Positions 57,891 through 64,000 of a stretch of DNA of 64,000 bases are shown here, one piece after another; within the stretch, counting starts at the first letter, position 1; each line of letters begins with the position of its first letter. The DNA is from Bacteroidota bacterium (GTDB lineage Bacteria > Bacteroidota > Bacteroidia > Bacteroidales > UBA10428): NCBI GenBank assembly GCA_003252385.1, contig QKEH01000008.1, forward strand, positions 7,967 through 71,966. Direction: 5' to 3'. The position numbers and the translations under genes are program-made. The notes beneath the pieces are model-generated. The model ran no database searches. It was not told the DNA's origin and was given only the letters and a program-made list of their open reading frames with translations.

Positions 57891-57964
57891 CGCTACCCAA
57901 ACGAAGGCGAAGATTACTGCTTTCCAAAAAACAGTAAATCCAATGGCTTTTAAGGAAAAGAATC

Positions 57965-59524
57965 TTAAAATGGAAAATCGTCATGGTCATTCTTTACCTC
58001 GGTGGTTTCCTCCACCTTTGGCAATTGCGCTTTTTGATGCACTTCATGGGGTACCACAAAGATGGCCGGATGCGGATCCTCCACCGGACAGGCATGTTCG
58101 CAGGCACCACAACCAATGCAAATATCGGCATTTACTTCGGGCAGGGTAAGGTTGTCGCCGTAAGGCACCATGTGTACCGCCTGCGTAGGACAATGTTCGG
58201 AACAGGAGCCACAGGCCGTACCTTCCGTTTTAACGATACAGCGTCCGGGCCGGAACTCGGCCTTACCAATTTGGGTGATTTTCTTTTCTTCAGCAGATAA
58301 AGCCAGAATGGCTCCCGTAGGGCACACCGCTCCACAATGCGTACACTCGTAATTGCAATACCCTTTTTGAAAATCCATTTTAGGCAGCATCATGCCTGTA
58401 AAGCCATATTCCAAAAAGGCGGGTTGAAGAACTTTAGTCGGACAGGAGGCAATGCAAAGATTGCATGCTATGCATTTATCTTTTAAATGTTTCAGACTTT
58501 GCGAACCCGGAGGCAATGCCACCCCACGCGACCAAAAGCATAGCGCGTTGGCACCATGGCCTTTTGCCTCAGCAAGTAAGGGAGCCGCCCCCATAAACAA
58601 CATGCCAGCTTTTAAAAAGGCACGCTTGGACGGGTCTCTTTGCCGAACGGCTTTTTCAGAAATCTTCCACTGAGCAGAATACCTTATGGCATTAGCATTG
58701 CATGCGCCTAAGCAATTGTAACAGACCACACAACGACTGGTATCCACCGTTAGGTTTTTTATATTGATACAATCGGACTTGCACACCTGCTGACAAGCAC
58801 CACATTGCGAGCAGTTTTCCTTATGTATTTGCACCCGAAAAAATGAAAAACGCGACAGCAACCCCAGAAATGTGCCCACCGGACAGATGGCATTGCAGTA
58901 CAAACGATCACGAAAGAGCATCAGGGTGAATACCAGTAACAAAAAACTCAACGCTGAGAAAAAGGCAAGCGGTATAAATGGATTCACCGGTACTGCCTGT
59001 AAGGCGGCAACTCCCCAATGAGCAGCAGCATGAGCCAATACATTTGAACCCGCAATATAAACCGGCTGATACAAATAAGTAGCCATACGGCTAAAATTAG
59101 CATACGGATCCAGCCAGTTCAGCGCAAACAAACCCGTGCTAAACAGCGAAAGGAGTAGAAGAATGAGCAGAGGATACCGAACATAATTGGCTGCCTTCTT
59201 AAAGCGTGCCTTCCGGCGCAGGAAAGGCATCCATCGTAACATCCGGTTGGCTACATCCATCGAAATACCCAGAGGGCAAAGTACAGAACAATACACCCTG
59301 CCACTCAGCAAGGTGAGAGCAATAAGTACCAGAAACAGGCCGCTTAGCAAGGACAGGGGTAAAATCATTTTGAGCAGCGAAGGCACCAACTGAATACTGG
59401 TAAAAACTCCCACCCAGGCGGACGGCAGCTTCCCCCGAACATCAGAAAAGATAATAATAAAGGCGGCGAGCACCACCAGCGCCAAAATTCTGCGTAGTGG
59501 ACGCAGCCATTTTTGAGTGTTCAT
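57965..59524 (-). CDS. membrane polyferredoxin: NapH/NosR-like N-terminal domain fused to a NapG-like multi-[4Fe-4S] domain
   Basis: Two CxxxCP(L/V)G motifs (CSVLCPLG, CNAICPVG) sit in a TM region. Six ferredoxin-type Cys clusters follow: CSQCGACQQVC, CVVCYNCLGAC, CIACNLCIASCP, CTHCGAVCP, CGSCSEHCP and CIGCGACEHACP. There is an internal Tat-like SKRAFLK at aa 299-305. Confidence 0.75.
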   Translation of the reverse strand: MNTQKWLRPLRRILALVVLAAFIIIFSDVRGKLPSAWVGVFTSIQLVPSLLKMILPLSLLSGLFLVLIALTLLSGRVYCSVLCPLGISMDVANRMLRWMPFLRRKARFKKAANYVRYPLLILLLLSLFSTGLFALNWLDPYANFSRMATYLYQPVYIAGSNVLAHAAAHWGVAALQAVPVNPFIPLAFFSALSFLLLVFTLMLFRDRLYCNAICPVGTFLGLLSRFSFFRVQIHKENCSQCGACQQVCKSDCINIKNLTVDTSRCVVCYNCLGACNANAIRYSAQWKISEKAVRQRDPSKRAFLKAGMLFMGAAPLLAEAKGHGANALCFWSRGVALPPGSQSLKHLKDKCIACNLCIASCPTKVLQPAFLEYGFTGMMLPKMDFQKGYCNYECTHCGAVCPTGAILALSAEEKKITQIGKAEFRPGRCIVKTEGTACGSCSEHCPTQAVHMVPYGDNLTLPEVNADICIGCGACEHACPVEDPHPAIFVVPHEVHQKAQLPKVEETTEVKNDHDDFPF

Positions 59525-60441
59525 TAAAGAGCTATGCGTTTAATATTAAGTGTATCCAGTTTAGCCGTTCCCAAGCCGGCTTGCTCTGCCAAAACAATAT
59601 ATTGAACATCGGCAGGCTCAATGCCAAAAATTTTGGCTGCAGCAGCATCGGCGGCAACCATGTTGGCGCTCAGGATCAAATATTTCATTTCTGCCACGTC
59701 GGCTTCGGAAACTCCTCGCGGGCCATTTTTCTTCATCACCCGATAGCCATCCACTACATTCAGCGTGGGTTTGCAAAAAGTAGAAAAGTCAGCAATGCAT
59801 TGGTGAAGTCCCATACTGTGCCATGGGCGGCGTTCCCATACCACTCCCATCAAGTTCTTCATGGATACGGTAAGTTTTGCTCCACCATGGTTTTTCAGCA
59901 CAGGCACATTAATGAGTACATCGGACTCCAGAATCAACCGATGCACACGGGTTTCCTTAAGGATACGCCCTTTAGGTATACTCACACTGCGGTATTCCTT
60001 CTCATCGTTACCGTTAACCATGCTTCCTCCGTGCTTTTTAACGGCATCACCAATTCCGGAACTGGAATAACATCGGGTCCATTCGTCGCAGGTATGGTCA
60101 AAAACCTTAACCTCGCCGGCTCCGGCCTCCATGCAATGTTTCACGATCTGCCCTACCAGCTCAGGGTTGGTATTGGAGCCCCTTTCCGGAGGAACATCCC
60201 AGGCGATATTAGGTTTAATGACCACTCGCTGCCCCGGTTTAACGTACTGTTTCATTCCACCCAATGCGGCTATACCGCTATCGAACATCAGAGCAGGCAC
60301 AGCATTTTTAACAGCTACTAAATCGTAAGCCAAGTTAGGAGTTTCGGCGGCAAGCAGGCTATGCCATTCCCCCATACTAAACAGGGCTCCGGTAGCCAGT
60401 GAAACCGAAGCCGATGTTCGGATAAATGCTCTTCTTTTCAT
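59524..60441 (-). CDS. Tat-signal DUF362-family protein
   Basis: The N-terminus MKRRAFIRTSASVSLATGALF is a twin-arginine-type RRxFI signal. VVIKPN and VPVLKNHGGAKLTVSMKNLMG are typical of DUF362. Its stop overlaps the start of the polyferredoxin gene by 1 nt. Confidence 0.7.
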   Translation of the reverse strand: MKRRAFIRTSASVSLATGALFSMGEWHSLLAAETPNLAYDLVAVKNAVPALMFDSGIAALGGMKQYVKPGQRVVIKPNIAWDVPPERGSNTNPELVGQIVKHCMEAGAGEVKVFDHTCDEWTRCYSSSGIGDAVKKHGGSMVNGNDEKEYRSVSIPKGRILKETRVHRLILESDVLINVPVLKNHGGAKLTVSMKNLMGVVWERRPWHSMGLHQCIADFSTFCKPTLNVVDGYRVMKKNGPRGVSEADVAEMKYLILSANMVAADAAAAKIFGIEPADVQYIVLAEQAGLGTAKLDTLNIKRIAL

Positions 60442-60850
60442 AATGCCAGATTAAATTAGGACCGCGTAACTACCCCTTCCATCACCTTCCAATCAAAGAT
60501 ACAAGAAACATGGTAAAATTTCGTTTCAAAAATGGCAAATACCCCTGTTTGGCCACTTAAAATCTGATTCAATAACAATTGCATACTAATGCAGAAAGCA
60601 GCCCCACATTGGAGACTGCTTCACACACATTAGAAGAAAAGTTTGCAGACACTTCTTCTTAAAATTACTGATCAAAACTTACATCCTGCTTTCCAAATTC
60701 TGAATCATCCTAAGCCGGACAAGGCTTTCACTCCTGACAAATTACGAATTAACAGCAAGTTGTATCTTCCGACAAAAGCAGTTCGTGCGAATTGTATAAA
60801 ACAGGTTTCTGCACAACACCTTTCTCTATAACACTTTTAAATGGAAGCCA

Positions 60851-61510
60851 TTAAAACTCAAATTTCATCCCAAGATCAAAAATATCCCTATTGCGGTATT
60901 TAGTCTTATAAAAATCATAACTGTACCCTGCCTGAAGGCTAACTCCTTTCGATATTTTATAGCCTATTTCGAACTCGGTGCGGTATTTGTACAACGCTTT
61001 TAACCCGAGACTTTGGTACAGTTCAAACCCCACCTTGGGCGTTAATTTACAGTTTGGAATATCATAGCCAAAAGCAAATTTCAAACGCAGGAAATCGCCT
61101 TTTTCATCCTCATCGGAATAGTTCGTATAACTTAAACGGAGAGATGGTTCCATACGTCCGAGCCGGGTAAAGAACAAGGTACTGAACTGATACCGGCTTA
61201 AATAGTGGATGGTGTCTTCTTGATTCATTTCTCCGATTAACCGATAGCCCCCTTCCAGTTTCATAAAATCGAAAGGCTTATAGCTCAATCCGGCATTCAA
61301 GTTAAACTGGTTCATTCCTTCTCCATCAATCCATCGAAAAGAAGGTGTAAAGTTGATTTTCAATCCATTATAGATTTTTTTTGAAAAGCTTACGGATGCA
61401 CGAGTCTCAAAAATTCGTTCAATTGCCTGTTCCTGGCCTTTCACTTCACAACTTGCAAATGCAATAAGTGCTACAAGTCCCAGAGTACTGAATCTGTTTT
61501 TTTTCGGCAT
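60851..61510 (-). CDS. outer-membrane beta-barrel protein (DUF2490-like)
   Basis: Signal peptide STLGLVALIAFA, alternating amphipathic beta-strand pattern and a C-terminal aromatic residue (MKFEF). Confidence 0.55.
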   Translation of the reverse strand: MPKKNRFSTLGLVALIAFASCEVKGQEQAIERIFETRASVSFSKKIYNGLKINFTPSFRWIDGEGMNQFNLNAGLSYKPFDFMKLEGGYRLIGEMNQEDTIHYLSRYQFSTLFFTRLGRMEPSLRLSYTNYSDEDEKGDFLRLKFAFGYDIPNCKLTPKVGFELYQSLGLKALYKYRTEFEIGYKISKGVSLQAGYSYDFYKTKYRNRDIFDLGMKFEF

Positions 61511-61738
61511 GCCACCGCCCCATTGATTTAACCTCTTTGCCATTCTTGCACAATGTGTCGTTAGAACAACAATATTAGACAGTTACACCTTACACTCAGT
61601 AATATAACCGGTCAAATGGCCGAAACGCATTATGAAGTGGGAAAATATACCTTTGTGACGACATGCCACTGAAACAAATATTCAGAAAGTAGCTATACGT
61701 TCAGCAATAACCAGCTTGATCCCAATAAAACAACCTAA

Positions 61739-62503
61739 CTACCCGTTCACCAACCAGTTTTTAAAAAGCGACACTCTGGCTTTGCTAATAATGATACGTT
61801 CAGGAGTAGGAACTTTAAGCTTTACCAATAAGCGGTTACCAAACCACACCACCACCTCATCAATGGCCGAATGAGAGATAATAAATTGCCGGTTTGCCCT
61901 AAAAAACTCCGATGGATCCAGTTTTCCGATAAGCGTCTCAAGGGTTTTATCAATCATGCGTTCCCGGTTCTCAAAGGAACATAAAAGCGTAACGTCGTCC
62001 TTGGTATAAAAATATGCGATGTCACCCACCGCAACCGGTGTGAGCTTGTCCCTGAATTCAACCAACAGAGTACGTGCATATTTATGGTTATCTTTAAGTA
62101 GCCTGATAATTTTCTCACTGGTATGCGACCAATCAGTTTTAGTAAGTTGCTTTAATTTGTCCAGTGCACGAATTACATTCGAGGGTTCAATGGGCTTTAA
62201 CAGGTAATCAATACTATTCACCTTGAAAGCATCCAGGGCATACTTATCGTAAGCGGTTGTAAATATGACCGGACAGCATACTTTAACCTGATTAAAAATT
62301 AAAAAGGATGCTCCATCGGCCAAATGAATGTCTAAAAAAACTAGATCGGGTTGTGGATTGTTTTTCAAATAGTCTACACTGGCAGCTACACTGTCCAATG
62401 CGCAAAGAACAGAAATTTCGGGAGCCACTTCGGATAAAATAGCCTTTAAATTTCTAACGGCTGCCGGTTCGTCTTCTATAATGATAACTTTCATAGTATC
62501 CAT
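61739..62503 (-). CDS. LytTR-family response regulator
   Basis: Receiver domain (VIIIEDE...DLVFLDIHL) plus a C-terminal LytTR DNA-binding domain (FFRANRQFIISHSAI). Confidence 0.88.
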   Translation of the reverse strand: MDTMKVIIIEDEPAAVRNLKAILSEVAPEISVLCALDSVAASVDYLKNNPQPDLVFLDIHLADGASFLIFNQVKVCCPVIFTTAYDKYALDAFKVNSIDYLLKPIEPSNVIRALDKLKQLTKTDWSHTSEKIIRLLKDNHKYARTLLVEFRDKLTPVAVGDIAYFYTKDDVTLLCSFENRERMIDKTLETLIGKLDPSEFFRANRQFIISHSAIDEVVVWFGNRLLVKLKVPTPERIIISKARVSLFKNWLVNG

Positions 62504-63702
62504 TATGGTTTGATTTCTTCAGGAACTTCGCAGGTGATTAGCGGCAATTCGACTACAAACTGGCTGTTATGTATATAGGTGTCAATCGATTTACCGGTAA
62601 TATACACATAGCGCTTTGCTAGATTTTGAATACCTATTCCTGTATTCGGCTCAGAAAGCTCCCGAGGCTGATAAGTGTTTTTTACCACCAACCGACCCTG
62701 ACTGATATAAATGGCAACATACACAGGCAACTCCTCACTGATTATGTTATGTTTGGTAATATTTTCTATAAGAGGTTGTAACGAAAGTGATGGCAACTTG
62801 TATTGGAGCTGTTGTTCCTGATTTATCTGAACGTCGAATTGTATCCGATCCTCATACCGTATTTCCAGCAGGTAACAATAGGTTTTTAAAAACTGCATTT
62901 CATCTCTCAGTGCAACCAGTTCCTGTGTTTTACCCTGGAGTATGTAGCGGAACAGATGCGAGATCTCGTTGATGTATTTTAGCGCTTTCCGATCCTGCTT
63001 TTCCCGAACCAATCCCGATAGTGAATTTAAAACATTGAAAAAAAAATGAGGGCTGATTTGGGCTGTCAAAGCATCCAATTGATTTCTAAGACTTTCAGCC
63101 CTGAGTTTCTCATTTTCGTGTTGCATAGAATGATGCTGATACTGCAATTTAAAAATGGTTCCAAACAAGGTGACTGATACCAATACAAACAATGCTTTAA
63201 AAAGCAGTACGGCATCAAGAAACCAAAAAAAAGGCCTGAGTTTATGAGGCCCCGGGGGGTTGAACAGATTGAACAACGCAAATGCCAAGTAAACCAGCAG
63301 AAGTAGAAGAAGAGTTGAAAACCAATTTACCCTAACCGCGTCCTTGTATGCTCCTCCTGCTTTTATAAAATTGAAATACAGCCATAAAAGAGACCATGAC
63401 AGGATGGAATAAAATATAAACTCCAAACCCACAAAACGCACACGACCCGTGTATTCTGGTTCTGCATTGGGCGGAGCAAAAGGTGACGATGGCAAGCCGA
63501 AGGGTGGTTTGATTAAAGAGGCTTCTGGTGGAGGAACATCACGTCCTAATTCGTTTAACTTATGCCAATCCCGGGTCATATTTCCTGCTTCCTGATTGTG
63601 ATCCATCGAATGCATCATACCCGGAAAAACAACAAAAGTGGCTATCAGAATAGCCACCAGAAAAAAAATAACCTGGATATTTTTCCTTTGTTTTACTTCC
63701 AT
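62503..63702 (-). CDS. LytS/YehU-type sensor histidine kinase
   Basis: Multi-TM N-terminus, a His_kinase (PF06580-type) motif QISPHFFFNVLNSL and an ATPase N-box LQPLIENITKHN. It overlaps the regulator gene as TAATG. Confidence 0.85.
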   Translation of the reverse strand: MEVKQRKNIQVIFFLVAILIATFVVFPGMMHSMDHNQEAGNMTRDWHKLNELGRDVPPPEASLIKPPFGLPSSPFAPPNAEPEYTGRVRFVGLEFIFYSILSWSLLWLYFNFIKAGGAYKDAVRVNWFSTLLLLLLVYLAFALFNLFNPPGPHKLRPFFWFLDAVLLFKALFVLVSVTLFGTIFKLQYQHHSMQHENEKLRAESLRNQLDALTAQISPHFFFNVLNSLSGLVREKQDRKALKYINEISHLFRYILQGKTQELVALRDEMQFLKTYCYLLEIRYEDRIQFDVQINQEQQLQYKLPSLSLQPLIENITKHNIISEELPVYVAIYISQGRLVVKNTYQPRELSEPNTGIGIQNLAKRYVYITGKSIDTYIHNSQFVVELPLITCEVPEEIKP

Positions 63703-63835
63703 AATTATCTCTTGCTCGACAAAAGTTAAGAATATTAAGCTAAACCTACTCGACTACGTTGTATATAAATTGAGATGCCATGCGATAGGCACTACACATA
63801 CACATTCTGAACAGGAGATGGAGCATGAAATACTC

Positions 63836-64000
63836 CTACAATGGGGGTAAACCACCCCCTCCTGGCCCACCACCGGGTCCGCCGGAAGAACTCCCCAATT
63901 GGGTGGTAACCGATGTAATCGTAAATGAATCGTATTCATCCCCAGGCGTATAACTTCCTCCCGAATACATCCCGTAAAATGAAGTGCCGCTGCAACTTCC
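63836..64000 (-). CDS. 3' end of an unknown gene encoding a Gly/Ser/Pro-rich C-terminus (5' part outside the window)
   Basis: The minus-strand frame is open from the window edge: GSCSGTSFYGMYSGGSYTPGDEYDSFTITSVTTQLGSSSGGPGGGPGGGGLPPL, with the stop at 63836-63838. It is not in the ORF track because no start is present. Confidence 0.3.
   Translation of the reverse strand, partial: GSCSGTSFYGMYSGGSYTPGDEYDSFTITSVTTQLGSSSGGPGGGPGGGGLPPL

Noticed and set aside
59497-60321. A 274-aa ORF antisense to the DUF362 gene
   Set aside because: A shadow ORF. The minus-strand product has clear DUF362 motifs and a Tat leader, and the plus-strand translation has no features.

Overview
This 64 kb window looks like a core chromosomal segment of a Bacteroidota genome, about 48-50% GC in coding regions. 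The phylum call rests on four proteins with T9SS C-terminal sorting domains, TAnnTTTG-type -7 promoter boxes, no Shine-Dalgarno sites, a fused E1 alpha/beta 2-oxoacid dehydrogenase and many TPR/OmpA/lipoprotein genes. About 50 protein genes are supported.

Gene content, in order:
- A tightly coupled heme operon, hemL-hemE-hemN-hemY-hemF-hemH.
- An AT-rich gene for a secreted MORN/TonB-C protein.
- A divergent quinone-oxidoreductase/HxlR pair.
- A frameshifted clan GH-A (agarase/porphyranase-like) hydrolase.
- LysE, trpB and phosphosulfolactate synthase (comA).
- folD-ffh-argS.
- A 1099-aa protein built from about 13 tandem helical repeats, next to a T9SS serine protease.
- ligA, a conserved hypothetical and dapA.
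- A frameshifted T9SS beta-propeller protein.
- E2 plus fused E1 of a branched-chain 2-oxoacid dehydrogenase, then flavodoxin.
- A T9SS M1 aminopeptidase.
- A PAP2/GT39/GT2 envelope-modification operon.
- NlpC/P60, alkaline phosphatase and an OmpA/TolB-like protein.
- NfeD/SPFH.
- A NapH-NapG-like fused polyferredoxin with a Tat-exported DUF362 protein.
- A LytS/LytTR two-component system.

I see no rRNA, tRNA, CRISPR array, transposase, integrase, phage gene or recognisable defence system. I cannot point to a convincing novel multi-gene system.

The most unusual signals are non-coding or small:
1. A 75-nt element present twice (two loop differences only). Each copy has its own upstream TAnnTTTG box and ends in an intrinsic terminator, so these are candidate paralogous sRNAs.
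2. A coding-like-GC, stem-rich 240-nt gap between ligA and the dapA operon. It ends in a terminator and is also exactly filled by an 81-codon ORF.
3. The uncharacterised periplasmic redox pair, DUF362 plus the NapH/NapG fusion.
4. Four single-base frame breaks that all fall in three secreted accessory genes.

All family calls come from motif recognition by eye. No database search was run.
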